Shown: positions 1-10,182, numbered from the stretch's first letter. The stretch: 64,000 nt of DNA from Clostridia bacterium (GCA_018436095.1 JAHDMJ010000005.1:76400-140399), one strand, 5' to 3'. Notes: generated by a model from the sequence alone, not told the origin. Translations and numbers: made by a program.

Positions 1-859
1 TATTGGCCATTAAATACTGGTGTCCATTCTGAATCAACATCTTTAAATGGCCCACCGAAGCCTCGCTCTTTTCAAATTCTTCGGCAAACAACTGGGCCAG
101 ACGGTTTAATAATGCACCCCAGTCCGCCTCCTTGCCCTTAAGCTGGAAGCTGCCGTTATACCAGCCAAGAACGGCTTCCCCTTCCGCATAGACATCATAA
201 TCTACATCCGCAAGGTGAGTTCCTGCCTCAGTGCTGCTTAAGACTTCCTCCAGCCAGCGGTCAAGCCCGTCGCCGGTTTTGGAGCTGGCGGCAAATACCT
301 TTGCCAAAGGCCACCGGACGGCTGCTTTCTGCTTCAATATCTCAATTTTATCCGGATCCGGCAAATCGCTTTTGCTGATCAAAATAATATCCGCTTCTTC
401 CAACTGTTTTCTTAAAATATAGGCGGCGCTTTCATGCAGCCCGGCGTTACCTCCCTCCAGGATCGCCGCAAGCCGGTCCGGATCAACCAATACCGTCAAA
501 GGAGCTATAAACAGACTGTCATTGAATTTCTCCTTTAGAGGCTGAAGGATCGTGGCCGATAGGTCCGTGCAGCTTCCCACAGGTTCGGCGATAATCAATT
601 CACAGGCTTCTTTCCCTGCGATTTCCGCAATCGCCTCAGAAAACCCCTTGAAATTGCAGCAAAAGCAACTCCCGTTCACTTCTTCGACAACGCCGTTTGC
701 ATACTCCAGAAAAGCTGTGTCAACTAACTCCGCCGCCTGATCGTTGGTAATCAGGCCGGTTTTCCTTCCTTGTGCACTTAATTTGCGAAGGCTCTCCCAC
801 AGCAAAGTCGTTTTGCCTGCTCCCAGAAATCCGCCGACGATAATCAGTCTCGCTTTCAT
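1..859 (-). CDS. CobW/HypB/UreG-type (G3E family) P-loop GTPase; C-terminal end lies beyond the window edge
   Basis: Absent from the ORF track because it runs off the window. My translation from the ATG at 859 gives MKARLIIVGGFLGAGKTTLLWESL (Walker A), NGSCFCCNF (CxCC motif typical of CobW-like GTPases) and ILISKSDL (NKxD-like). The frame is open down to position 2. The start overlaps the stop of the upstream MIP gene by 4 nt. Confidence 0.8.
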   Translation of the reverse strand, partial: MKARLIIVGGFLGAGKTTLLWESLRKLSAQGRKTGLITNDQAAELVDTAFLEYANGVVEEVNGSCFCCNFKGFSEAIAEIAGKEACELIIAEPVGSCTDLSATILQPLKEKFNDSLFIAPLTVLVDPDRLAAILEGGNAGLHESAAYILRKQLEEADIILISKSDLPDPDKIEILKQKAAVRWPLAKVFAASSKTGDGLDRWLEEVLSSTEAGTHLADVDYDVYAEGEAVLGWYNGSFQLKGKEADWGALLNRLAQLFAEEFEKSEASVGHLKMLIQNGHQYLMAN

Positions 860-1698
860 TTCCCTTCTCCTCCTTGCGTAATATCAGCATTACAGCTACA
901 GGTTTCTTTTGGCGCATTCATCAATGGCTCCAGGATTTTCGTAAAGAGCAAGCCTCCTGCTTGTCCTCCGATAATCGGACCCAATAGGTAAACAAACATA
1001 AAGCCCCCGCTGCGGTCCGGAAATGCCGCCCCACCCCAGCCAAAGAGCCAGGCCGCCAGCCGGGGTCCCAGATCTCTGGCCGGATTCAGCCCGGCCTGGG
1101 TTAAAGGGGCAAGCAAGCAAATAATCGATGTCACCGATAAACCAATAAGTATGGGCGCAGAATTATCGTGGGGCCGGCCTAGATTGCAGCCTTCTGTCAG
1201 GGAGAAAATCAAGAGGACCAGCAAAAAGGTGCCGAAGGCTTCCGCTGCCATTGCAAGGACCATGGATATTATGGGCGTGCTGCCTAGCGGAACATAAAAT
1301 TCGCCGAACATCCTTGCGGTTTGCACGGATTCAGGGGAACCGCGCGGGATTGCATTGGCAATCTCGTACTCGGCAATGGGAGTTCTGAAGATTAAATATA
1401 CTGCCACACCGGCGAAAAACGCGCCTATAAACTGGCCGCTAAGATAGGCCGGCATTTTTTTTGCCGCCATCCTCCGGCTGGTGACCATGGCCAGGGTTAC
1501 TGCGGGATTTAAATGAGCGCAGGATAAATGCCTTGTAACATAGATAGCCAGGCTAACACCAATCCCCCAAAGGATCCCAATCTGGAACAGGCCCTGGTGG
1601 GCGCCGAATAATACGGAAACAGCCACTGATCCGCAACCGAACAGCACTAGCAGAAATGTCCCAATCATCTCCCCTGCAAACTCTTGCTTATATTTCAT
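856..1698 (-). CDS. MIP-family channel (aquaglyceroporin-like)
   Basis: 280 aa with two NPA boxes (HLNPAVTLAM and GLNPARDLGPR; NPARD is typical of GlpF-type channels). Hydrophobic throughout. Confidence 0.85.
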   Translation of the reverse strand: MKYKQEFAGEMIGTFLLVLFGCGSVAVSVLFGAHQGLFQIGILWGIGVSLAIYVTRHLSCAHLNPAVTLAMVTSRRMAAKKMPAYLSGQFIGAFFAGVAVYLIFRTPIAEYEIANAIPRGSPESVQTARMFGEFYVPLGSTPIISMVLAMAAEAFGTFLLVLLIFSLTEGCNLGRPHDNSAPILIGLSVTSIICLLAPLTQAGLNPARDLGPRLAAWLFGWGGAAFPDRSGGFMFVYLLGPIIGGQAGGLLFTKILEPLMNAPKETCSCNADITQGGEGK

Positions 1699-1913
1699 AT
1701 TCTGCCTCCCTTATCATTAATTCCGTAAGCAAATAAGCTTCTGTCTCTTTTTCAGCCGCCTTTCCGCAAATTCCAGCCTCATTAAACTTCCTCTTATATT
1801 AGACAAAGTCCATTAGCATATGTTCATATTACTATAGGAAATAGGGAGTAACTATAAATATCTTTATATAATTTTGCAATATTATTAGCAGCCTTCTATT
1901 CTGCCATATACAC

Positions 1914-1960
1914 AAAGCCCAGCAAGCTGCGGCAGATATGCCGTCTTGCTGGGCTTGTTT
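1914..1960. terminator. Stem-loop downstream of the FNT gene, candidate terminator
   Basis: AAGCCCAGCAAG ... CTTGCTGGGCTT 12-bp perfect stem. The T-run GTTTTTG is on the plus side; the minus side has only TTTGTGT. Confidence 0.45.
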
Positions 1961-2008
1961 TTGTCTGATCGGCGCCCTTTTCGGGCCCCGGTCATTGTTT
2001 TATTTGTT

Positions 2009-2830
2009 TTATAGGGAAGGCAGATCGTCCTCAGGCTTTGTGATCTTGCCCGAGCCGGCAAACCAGTAAACCCAGCCTACGCACAGGCCGCCGCCTACCA
2101 GATTGCCCAAAGTGACAGGCACCAGATTGTGCAAGGCTCCCGCCAGACCGGCCGCCAGGGAAAGCCCCGCCCCGCCGGCCTGAGGGGCTAGCATAGCCAT
2201 GGTAAAAATACCGGCATTGGCTATGCTATGCTCGTAGCCAGGCCCGGCAAAGCCCAGCACCACCCAAAGCAGCACAATAAGCTTTGCCGTCTCTGATTTC
2301 ATTTTGGTTACGCACCAGATGCCCAGGCAAACCAAGGTATTGCACAATACGCCCCGAAAAAAGGCTTGAAAAAAAGGCAGCGTCATTTTAGTTATTGCCG
2401 AGGCCACCAGCAAATCGCCCATAGAGCCCTGCAAAAGTCCCGTTGCCGCTACCACGGCCCCCATAACTGCCGCCCCCAGGATATTGGCCAGGTAGCAGAA
2501 GGCCACCAGTTGGGCGCTGGCCGCCGGGGCCGTTTTTTTGCTCAGTACGGACACGGTAAAGACGAAGACATTGCCTGTAAAAAGCTCGGCGCCGGCAAAA
2601 ATGATCATCGTGAAGGACAGGGTAAAGGTACTGCCCAAGATCAGCTTATAGGCTCCCCGCAAAGCTTCCGAAGCGTAAAAGCTGCCCCCCATAGCATATG
2701 CCAGAGCCATACCCAGCGAGCAAAAGCAGCCGGCCATACAGGCATAGACAAAATAACGCCCCTGACTCTGAAAGAAGCTTAGTTTTTTTTCAGCCGATTG
2801 GCAAACGGCCGCAAGCCCTGTCTGTTCCAT
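2009..2830 (-). CDS. Formate/nitrite transporter (FNT) family channel
   Basis: 273 aa with FNT signatures AELFTGN and GYEHSIAN. Six hydrophobic segments. Confidence 0.85.
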   Translation of the reverse strand: MEQTGLAAVCQSAEKKLSFFQSQGRYFVYACMAGCFCSLGMALAYAMGGSFYASEALRGAYKLILGSTFTLSFTMIIFAGAELFTGNVFVFTVSVLSKKTAPAASAQLVAFCYLANILGAAVMGAVVAATGLLQGSMGDLLVASAITKMTLPFFQAFFRGVLCNTLVCLGIWCVTKMKSETAKLIVLLWVVLGFAGPGYEHSIANAGIFTMAMLAPQAGGAGLSLAAGLAGALHNLVPVTLGNLVGGGLCVGWVYWFAGSGKITKPEDDLPSL

Positions 2831-2846
2831 AATCGAAATCTCCCGC

Positions 2847-4253
2847 CTAGTAGCCGATCTTTATGGCAATGAACAAGAAGACGAAGGCCAGGACGAAGAA
2901 GATCAGCATTAAAGGAACGAAGAACTTGTACCACTTGTTCAAAGGTACTTTGCCGTAATTCAGGAAGATCAGCAGCGTCCCATAGCTGAACCAGAACATG
3001 TTGGTGATGCCGTCGCCGAACTGGTAAGCCAGCACCGCCGTCTGAGAAGTCAGACCCAGGGAAAGGGCGATAGGCACAATGATGGGACTCAGCAGAGCGC
3101 CCTTGGCGCTGCCGGAAGGAATCAGACCGTTAATGAAGCTTACGATAATGATGATGAAGATCGCGGCCACAAAAGGCGACAGCCCTTCCAGAAGCCTGGT
3201 GACGTTGTAAATAATGGTTGCGTTGATATTAGCCGTATTCATCACCCAGAAAACGCCCCGGGCTACGCCTACCACTAAAGCGCCGCCGATGGAGCCTTTA
3301 GCGCCGGCGATAAAAGCATCGGCAATGACGCCGGCTTTCATGCGGGTGATTACACCGGCGGCCAGGCCAGCCAGGAAAAACACGGCAGATACGTCATCGA
3401 TAACCCATTTCACACCATTGATACCGTACTTCATGCCGATGACCGTAAGGATCATAGCGACGAGAACCGTCAACAAAACGCAGGTCTGGGGCAGCGTTAG
3501 CTTTGTATTTTCCGTGTCAGTGGTTTCCAGCCGCAGATCCTTTACGTCCACGTCATAAACCAGGCTGGTTTCCGGGTTCTTGTGGGTTTTGGCCGCATAA
3601 ACCAGGATATAAATTACGCTGATTACTGTAATGGTGGCCCAGACCACCACCCGCAGGCCCAAGCCCACAAAAAGATCGCTGCCCTGAGGCAGTATGCCCA
3701 TTTGCTGCAAGATACCATTGGCAACGCCTACGGTATAAAGGTTGGTAGGACCGGCGATAAAGCCGCCCATGGAGCCTACGGTAACAACGGCTACCGCCGT
3801 CAGGCTGTCATAGCCCAAAGCCAAAGTCACCGCTACCACTAAAGGCACGAAAGGAATCAAAACCTCAATCCAGCCCAGGAAGCCGCCAACTGCCGAAAAG
3901 ACCACAATCAGGATGGTCAGCAGCATGGCTCTGGAGCTGCCGCCGAAACGGTGAACCATCTGGGTAATACCATTATCGATGGCGCCGCTGCGTTTAAAGA
4001 TTTCCAAAGCGCCGCCTACGGTAAGAATCAGGATGACGATATTGGCGGAGTCTTTAATGCCGTAAGGAATAGCCCGGAAAATATTAAATACATTATTAAA
4101 ATTAAAAACATTTCGGGGCAGGGCCTGGTAGACGCCGTCTTTTAACGTGCCCGGCGTCACCAAAAAGGTCATCAAGCCGCAAAAAACAACAACGCCGAAA
4201 ATGAGGACAAAAGGATTTATGGATAAGGGCTTTTTTTCTTTTTTACTATTCAT
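2847..4253 (-). CDS. YfcC / DcuC-like (C4-dicarboxylate anaerobic carrier family) permease
   Basis: 468 aa polytopic membrane protein. The N-terminus (KKPLSINPFVLIFGVVVFCGLMTFLVTPG) resembles YfcC-family proteins, which commonly sit next to M20 hydrolases. Confidence 0.6.
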   Translation of the reverse strand: MNSKKEKKPLSINPFVLIFGVVVFCGLMTFLVTPGTLKDGVYQALPRNVFNFNNVFNIFRAIPYGIKDSANIVILILTVGGALEIFKRSGAIDNGITQMVHRFGGSSRAMLLTILIVVFSAVGGFLGWIEVLIPFVPLVVAVTLALGYDSLTAVAVVTVGSMGGFIAGPTNLYTVGVANGILQQMGILPQGSDLFVGLGLRVVVWATITVISVIYILVYAAKTHKNPETSLVYDVDVKDLRLETTDTENTKLTLPQTCVLLTVLVAMILTVIGMKYGINGVKWVIDDVSAVFFLAGLAAGVITRMKAGVIADAFIAGAKGSIGGALVVGVARGVFWVMNTANINATIIYNVTRLLEGLSPFVAAIFIIIIVSFINGLIPSGSAKGALLSPIIVPIALSLGLTSQTAVLAYQFGDGITNMFWFSYGTLLIFLNYGKVPLNKWYKFFVPLMLIFFVLAFVFLFIAIKIGY

Positions 4254-4284
4254 ATTCTATAATCTCCTTTACGTTCTCGCCGGA

Positions 4285-5490
4285 TTATTTCTTGGCCAAA
4301 TCAGCCAGAGTTTTCGTCAGGGCAAGATAGCCGATGGTACCTTCCGCCATCATAGCAATATCAATATTGTCCTCGGTGGTATGGCAGCGCTTGATTTCTG
4401 CCGGTGAATAGCCTAAGCACTTAATGCCTTTGGCGGCAAATTGTCCCGTATCGGTGGCAAAGGCCCAGGGCTTGGCTTGTACAGGGCGGCCCACCACCTC
4501 TTCTAAAGTCTTGAGAGCCAGCTGAATATATTCCTCATTGGCGTCCACGCTGAAAGGAGGTTCGCCCTGGAAGGCTTGTCCCTCATAACCCGTATAAGTA
4601 GTTAGCGGAAAATATAGGGTTTTCAATTCCACGGTGATACCGTCTACGGCGCAGCGGTCTGCCACTGCCTGGATCTTTTTCAGCACGTTTTCTTCCGTAT
4701 CATCCCCTACCTGCCGGTAATCAAGGTAAAGCACCACCTCATTGGGAATAATGTTGGTACCCTTTTCGGAAGAAGAAATCGACGTGGCGGACATAGTGGA
4801 TTGGCCGAAAAGACTGTCCTTGGCCATTTCCACCGTGGGCAGCTCCAAGAGGAACTTACCCAAAAAATCAAAGGGGTTTTTGCCTTCATGGGGTATGGAG
4901 GCATGGCAGGATTTGCCCTTGATGGTCACCACTACGCAGCAGCGGCCCCGGCTGCCGATAGCAATGTCATTTTCCGTAGCCTCGCCTACGATGCAGTAAT
5001 CGGTAAGCTTAAAATTTTCCCGCATCTGCATCATAGCGCCGAAGCCGGCAATCTCTTCCGCCACAACACCAGCTACCACAATATCGCCTTTGGGCAGAAG
5101 GCCGGCCTTTTTTAACATCACCGGCGTATAGAGCTGAATAGCAAAGGTGCCTTTGGTATCCGAAGCCCCCCGGCCCCAGATCTTGCCCTCGGCTATAGCG
5201 CCGCTGAAAGGCGGATATTGCCATTTTTCCGGATCGCCCTCATGGACCACATCCAAATGGCAATTCAGGGTAACGGAGCTGCCGCCGCCGGTGCCATAGA
5301 CAGTGCCAAAAACACTGCCGTAAGGGTCCACCACTACCTCATCATAGCCCAACTCCCGCATTTTGGCTGCGGTGTATTCTGCCATAGCCTTCTCCTGGGT
5401 AGACTGGGAATTAATCTGAATCATTTCCGAGGCGGTTTTGATGATGTCCTGTTCGTACTCTTTTGCCAATTGAATAAGCGTTTCTTTCAA
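4285..5490 (-). CDS. M20-family metallohydrolase (ArgE/DapE/YgeY-like)
   Basis: 401 aa with the HLDVVHEGD metal-binding motif, WGRGASDTKG and GEATEN, as in ArgE/DapE/ACY1 peptidases. Confidence 0.8.
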   Translation of the reverse strand: MKETLIQLAKEYEQDIIKTASEMIQINSQSTQEKAMAEYTAAKMRELGYDEVVVDPYGSVFGTVYGTGGGSSVTLNCHLDVVHEGDPEKWQYPPFSGAIAEGKIWGRGASDTKGTFAIQLYTPVMLKKAGLLPKGDIVVAGVVAEEIAGFGAMMQMRENFKLTDYCIVGEATENDIAIGSRGRCCVVVTIKGKSCHASIPHEGKNPFDFLGKFLLELPTVEMAKDSLFGQSTMSATSISSSEKGTNIIPNEVVLYLDYRQVGDDTEENVLKKIQAVADRCAVDGITVELKTLYFPLTTYTGYEGQAFQGEPPFSVDANEEYIQLALKTLEEVVGRPVQAKPWAFATDTGQFAAKGIKCLGYSPAEIKRCHTTEDNIDIAMMAEGTIGYLALTKTLADLAKK

Positions 5491-5506
5491 GCTTGCTCCC
5501 TCCTTT

Positions 5507-6703
5507 TTATATACTTTTTAAGGCTTTATCCAACTCAGCCAGGATATCCTCGATATTTTCGAGACCCACTGAGAACCTTATCTGACCCATGGAAATACCG
5601 GCTCTGGCCATCTCCTCTTCCGTCAAGGCCCGGTGAGAGGTTTTGGCGGGATAAGAGGTGGTGGTGGTCACTCCGGCCAAGCTGGGCACCAGCTTAATGG
5701 TTTCACAGGCTTTCACAAAAGCGGAGGCGCCTTTTTCGCCGCCCATAATGTCGGCGCTGAGCATACCGCCGCAACGGCCTTCCGCAAAGGTCTTCTGAGT
5801 CCGTTCATAAAAAGGCGAGGAAGACAAGCCGGGATAATAGACTCTTTCGATTTTGGGGTTCTTTTCCAAAAACTCGGCTACCTTCAAAGCATTGGCGCTA
5901 TGAAGCTTCATGCGCATCTCCAGGGTCCGCAGGCTTCTGGATAAAAGCCAGGCGTCAAAAGGACTCATGATACTGCCGTATAAAGTATGGAAAGGCCGCA
6001 TATGTTCAATTTCCTCTGCGCTGGCCATCACGGCGCCGCCCACAATGTCGCTGTGGCCGCCCAGGTATTTGGTGGCGCTGTAAACGACAATATCGGCTCC
6101 CATTTCCATAGGCCTTGCCAAAGCAGGGGTGGCAAAGGTATTATCCACCACCAATTTGCAGCCGTGGCTATGAGCAATAGACGCCAGCTTGGGCAGGTCC
6201 ATCACTTCCATGAGAGGATTGGAGATGGTTTCCGTATAAATCAGCTTCGTATTGGGCTTGATATACTTCTCCACGTCCTCCTTGATCATATCTACGAAAT
6301 CCACTTCCACCCCAAAACGGGTAATCTCCGTTTTTAAGTAAGTGTAGACGCCGCCATACAATACGGGGTGGGACACGATATGGTCGCCGGCCTTGACATT
6401 GGCCAAAATGGTGGTAATAATGGCGGCCATGCCGGAGGAAAAGGCCAAAGCGCCGCCGCAGTTTTCCGCCGCCGCCAAAAGCTGGCAGAGGGCGTCGGTG
6501 CCGGGATTGGCCATCCGGGAATAAACGTAGCCCTCGGCCTCGTTCTCATAGACGGCGTCCAGGGAGGGTACATCGTCAAAAGAAAAAACCGAACTTAAAT
6601 AAATAGGGAGAACTTTGGGGGTGGAAACGCCGGCAGCCATTTTTTTGACGAACTCCGTTTCTCCTGCATGGGTAAGCCGGGTCATCATTCCTTTTTCTTT
6701 CAT
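5507..6703 (-). CDS. Cys/Met-metabolism PLP enzyme (methionine gamma-lyase / cystathionine gamma-synthase family)
   Basis: 398 aa with the PLP-lysine motif YSATKYLGGHSD and the conserved N-terminal block SVFSFDD...YSRMANP. Confidence 0.85.
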   Translation of the reverse strand: MKEKGMMTRLTHAGETEFVKKMAAGVSTPKVLPIYLSSVFSFDDVPSLDAVYENEAEGYVYSRMANPGTDALCQLLAAAENCGGALAFSSGMAAIITTILANVKAGDHIVSHPVLYGGVYTYLKTEITRFGVEVDFVDMIKEDVEKYIKPNTKLIYTETISNPLMEVMDLPKLASIAHSHGCKLVVDNTFATPALARPMEMGADIVVYSATKYLGGHSDIVGGAVMASAEEIEHMRPFHTLYGSIMSPFDAWLLSRSLRTLEMRMKLHSANALKVAEFLEKNPKIERVYYPGLSSSPFYERTQKTFAEGRCGGMLSADIMGGEKGASAFVKACETIKLVPSLAGVTTTTSYPAKTSHRALTEEEMARAGISMGQIRFSVGLENIEDILAELDKALKSI

Positions 6704-6850
6704 GGGATCTCCTTCTTTTCTAGTTTTTTTTTATAGCTAAATATGGATGTTGAGAAAAAAGTCTCTATCATGATAGGCAGATTAATATTGATCGTCTATA
6801 GATTATCATATAAAATAAAGTCTATACAAATATCAATAATCTATCTAAAT

Positions 6851-6869
6851 CCATAGAAAATTTCTATGG
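6851..6869. promoter_or_regulatory. Perfect 19-bp palindrome, candidate LysR-type operator in the divergent promoter region
   Basis: CCATAGAAA-A-TTTCTATGG (ATAG-N7-CTAT, compatible with T-N11-A). It lies 48 bp upstream of the LysR start. Related GTCTATA half sites occur at about 6793-6830. Confidence 0.45.
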
Positions 6870-6916
6870 CGTCTACAATAGTATGATGCCAGGAGCTTGA
6901 GTAAAAGGAGGCTTCC

Positions 6917-7852
6917 ATGAAATTACAACAGATGCGATATCTGATCGAAATCTCCAAAACCCGCTCCATCAGCAAAGCGGCCCAAAATCTTTATATGACG
7001 CAGCCCAGCTTAAGCAAGGCCATCAGCAACCTGGAGGAAGAGCTGCATATCGAAGTCTTCGAGCGGGGCAGCCGGGGCATCCAATTTACGCCGGAGGGAG
7101 CGGAGCTTCTGGTCTATGCCAAGCAGTTGCTGGAGCAGGTGGAAACCATCAAAAAACGGTTCTCCCAGATAAAAACCGAAGAGGCGGTGCGCTTTTCCGT
7201 TTCCACCCAGCATTATGCCTTTGCCGTTTATGCCTTTATCCTGCTTTTAAATAGCAAGGGCGGCAAAAGCTTTGACTTGCACTTGAGAGAGGGCAAAACC
7301 TCGGAGATCATCGACGATGTCTTCAGTCAAAAAAGCTCCCTTGGCGTCATCTTCTTGTCCTCTTCCACCGACCGGCTGATGCGGCGGATTCTCAATGAAA
7401 AAGGCATCGAATTCCATCCCCTGGCCTCTGCAGCCCCTCATGTTTTCGTCAATAGAAACCACCCTTTAAACGCCTATGAGAAAGTAAGCCTGTCTCAGTT
7501 GGAGCCTTATCCCTGCCTAACTTATGAGCAGGGCAGCGATTCTTTCAATTTTGCGGAAGAAGTGGTATCCATCAGCCAGCCCCGGCAGCGGGTCTTTGTC
7601 AAGGACCGGGCCTCCCTTATCAACCTGATCCTTCATTCCAACGCCTACAATATCGGCACCGGCTTCCTCCTGTCCGGCATCGTTGACGAAAACATGACCT
7701 CCATTCCCATCGCCGACTATTACGACAACATGCACCTTGGCTGGATCATGCTGAAAAACGCCGCCATGACGCCGGAAATTCAACAGTATGTGGGCTTTCT
7801 CCATGAAGCCTTGGCTAAATGCTATTTCGGCGAGGGCCAGTATCCCTTATAA
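6917..7852 (+). CDS. LysR-family transcriptional regulator
   Basis: 311 aa with an N-terminal wHTH (MKLQQMRYLIEISKTRSISKAAQNLYMTQPSLSKAISNLEEEL). Divergent from the PLP-enzyme operon. Confidence 0.9.
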   Translation: MKLQQMRYLIEISKTRSISKAAQNLYMTQPSLSKAISNLEEELHIEVFERGSRGIQFTPEGAELLVYAKQLLEQVETIKKRFSQIKTEEAVRFSVSTQHYAFAVYAFILLLNSKGGKSFDLHLREGKTSEIIDDVFSQKSSLGVIFLSSSTDRLMRRILNEKGIEFHPLASAAPHVFVNRNHPLNAYEKVSLSQLEPYPCLTYEQGSDSFNFAEEVVSISQPRQRVFVKDRASLINLILHSNAYNIGTGFLLSGIVDENMTSIPIADYYDNMHLGWIMLKNAAMTPEIQQYVGFLHEALAKCYFGEGQYPL

Positions 7853-7965
7853 ACAATTACATAATAAAAAAAGCCTGGGCGTTACCGCACAGGCTCAGGC
7901 TTATATAGGCTTTTGGTATAACTGCTATTGAGTTTGCAGATAAATCGACAAGAATGATATCTTAT

Positions 7966-8844
7966 TCATTTTCTTTGATTTTCATCTCCACTATCCGAAC
8001 CCTCAATTACGTTCGAAATAAGCCGGCTGAAATCAACTGCATTTTGTGCGGTAATTACGGGCCTGCCGGTATCGAATTCAATGGCTTTTCTCGCATCTCC
8101 CGCTACTTTGCCCCCGCGTTGGGCCACCGCTTGGTTTTCAGATAGCCCTTGGGCATCATGAACTTTGGCAAGCTCCGTCGTTGTAGCCTCGGCCAGCATA
8201 TTCAGCACCAATTCAAGGGTGGACATATTATCTCTGAGACTTTCTTTTTTAAGCCCCTTCAGATTTTTGTATTGCCGCGTTGTCATGCCTGACCAGGCTT
8301 TTGATATTTCATCAGTCAAAATGGCGTATTCCACACCCTTTTGAATATTTCTGCTATCCCATTCATCCGTCAGCTCTTTACGAACCTGAATGGCTTGCAG
8401 GCGCTGGTTAATCCACTCTCGGGAATACCCTTTTCTAAGATATGTTTCAAGTGCGCGGTCAATTGTCAGCTCCGGGTCGATGGTTTCTTCAATTCGCTCA
8501 CTCCCCACAGACGCAAGCCACATTTTGAACGGTTCAGCTTTAGGGGAAGGGATAGACTGGATGATGCGCAAAAGTTGCTCTGTGCTGGCGACATCGGTAT
8601 TATAACGTTTACCGTCAGCGGCTTTTAATTTCAGTTGCTTACTATTTGTAAGCAACTGATCTGCGCCTTCTTCAATAAGGCGTTTTTTCATAACTGCCCA
8701 ATATGTACTTGCACCGCGCTGCGTCGGCTGCTCTGTTAAAACACCAACCACATCAACAATAGAAAAAAGCCACTCCTCATTTTCCTCATCCCATGCCGTG
8801 CGTATTCGTTTATCTTCAAATAACTGGATTTCATTCCCACCCAT
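7966..8844 (-). CDS. Bro-N domain protein (DinD / phage antirepressor-like)
   Basis: 292 aa. The N-terminus (QLFEDKRIRTAWDEENEEWLFSIVDVVGVLT ... NTDVASTEQLLRIIQSIPSPKAEPFKMWLA) matches the Bro-N/DinD pattern. The gene is visibly AT-richer than its neighbours. Confidence 0.7.
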   Translation of the reverse strand: MGGNEIQLFEDKRIRTAWDEENEEWLFSIVDVVGVLTEQPTQRGASTYWAVMKKRLIEEGADQLLTNSKQLKLKAADGKRYNTDVASTEQLLRIIQSIPSPKAEPFKMWLASVGSERIEETIDPELTIDRALETYLRKGYSREWINQRLQAIQVRKELTDEWDSRNIQKGVEYAILTDEISKAWSGMTTRQYKNLKGLKKESLRDNMSTLELVLNMLAEATTTELAKVHDAQGLSENQAVAQRGGKVAGDARKAIEFDTGRPVITAQNAVDFSRLISNVIEGSDSGDENQRK

Positions 8845-9009
8845 TGATTACACCTCCATCCTGACCAACACAACTGACTTGTTCCTCTATATATAATTAT
8901 AAGTCAAGCTCTCCCCATTCTCAATAAAAGCATTTCTTGATAATAAATATAGATACGTATACAATTACGACAATTTATTTAAATCAGCAAACTGAACGGA
9001 GGATTGCTT

Positions 9010-9717
9010 ATGGACTTGTTCGATTCCATCAACAGGAGAAAGTCATGCAGAAACTACACGGGACAGCCTTTTGGCAAGGAGCAGCTTGAAGAAATTCGTG
9101 AGGCGATCAACGGATTTGAACTCCTTTACCCTGATGTGCCGCTGGAATACCGGCTTGCCGCCAAAACCAAGGGCATATTCAAAGTGCAGGCTCCTCATTA
9201 TCTGATTGTCAGCGGGCAAGGTAAAGCACAGGAAGCAGAAAATGCAGGATTTCTTTTTCAACAGCTCATCTTATGGTTTGACGCCCATGACATCGGCAGC
9301 GTTTGGCTCGGCAAGACAAAGGATATTGAGGCCACCAATGATAATGACATCATCGTCATTGCCTTCGGTCAAACCAGCGAGTCTGTGCACCGCAGTGAAA
9401 ACGAATTCAAGCGCAAGGCCATCAACGAAATAACCAATGCTCCGGAAAATCCCTGTATTCAAGCCGTACATTTGGCGCCTTCCGGCATGAACCTCCAGCC
9501 CTGGTACTTAGAAGAATCCGGTGATAAGGTTTTGCTTTATAAGCAGAGTCTTAAGCCGCCCCTTTCCTTGGTTTATAAAAAAACAGAGGTGGATATGGGT
9601 ATTGCGCTTTGCCATTATGCTCTGGCCTGCAAGCGTTTTGACAAATCCTTTATATTTAATCGCAAAGACGAAGAAGCTGGCAAAAAAGGGTACCGCCTCT
9701 TTGGCGAGTTAGGTTGA
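9010..9717 (+). CDS. Nitroreductase-family protein
   Basis: N-terminus MDLFDSINRRKSCRNYTGQP is typical of nitroreductases. A GGAGG lies 7 nt upstream of the ATG at 9010, so the track start at TTG 9004 is less likely. Confidence 0.75.
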   Translation: MDLFDSINRRKSCRNYTGQPFGKEQLEEIREAINGFELLYPDVPLEYRLAAKTKGIFKVQAPHYLIVSGQGKAQEAENAGFLFQQLILWFDAHDIGSVWLGKTKDIEATNDNDIIVIAFGQTSESVHRSENEFKRKAINEITNAPENPCIQAVHLAPSGMNLQPWYLEESGDKVLLYKQSLKPPLSLVYKKTEVDMGIALCHYALACKRFDKSFIFNRKDEEAGKKGYRLFGELG

Positions 9718-9813
9718 ATGGCACTGCCGGGGCGGCTGCGCACAACCGAAAATTTTGCTCCCTTTTCTCACGCCGTGATATAATAGCCCCATCAAATCAA
9801 AGGAGAGATTTCT

Positions 9814-10134
9814 ATGATTATAACAACAACCCCTTCCATTGAAGGCAAAGCCATCAAAGCGTACAAAGGCATCGTTGTGGGAGAAGTCATCAGCGGTGTT
9901 GATTTCGTCAAGGATTTTGCCGCAGGGCTTACCAATTTCTTTGGGGGACGTTCCGCAAGCTATGAGGGCGAATTGATAGAAGCCCGTGATAACGCCTTGC
10001 AGGAGATGCAGCAAAGGGCTGAGAAAATGGGCGCCAACGCCGTTGTGGGCGTTGATATCGATTATGAAGTCCTCGGCACAGGGAACAATATGCTGATGGT
10101 CACCGTTTCCGGCACGGCTGTAGTCGTCGAATAA
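9814..10134 (+). CDS. YbjQ/UPF0145 family protein
   Basis: 106 aa: [11 protein letters not shown]...[42 protein letters not shown], the standard YbjQ pattern. Confidence 0.85.
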   Translation: MIITTTPSIEGKAIKAYKGIVVGEVISGVDFVKDFAAGLTNFFGGRSASYEGELIEARDNALQEMQQRAEKMGANAVVGVDIDYEVLGTGNNMLMVTVSGTAVVVE

Positions 10135-10135
10135 A

Positions 10136-10182
10136 AAAAGCGGCAACAATCACCCTAATGGCTTTTGCTGCCGCTGTCTTTT
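10136..10182. terminator. Bidirectional rho-independent terminator
   Basis: An A-run, then AGCGGCAACAA ... TTGCTGCCGCT stem, then GTCTTTT. It sits between convergent genes. Confidence 0.6.
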
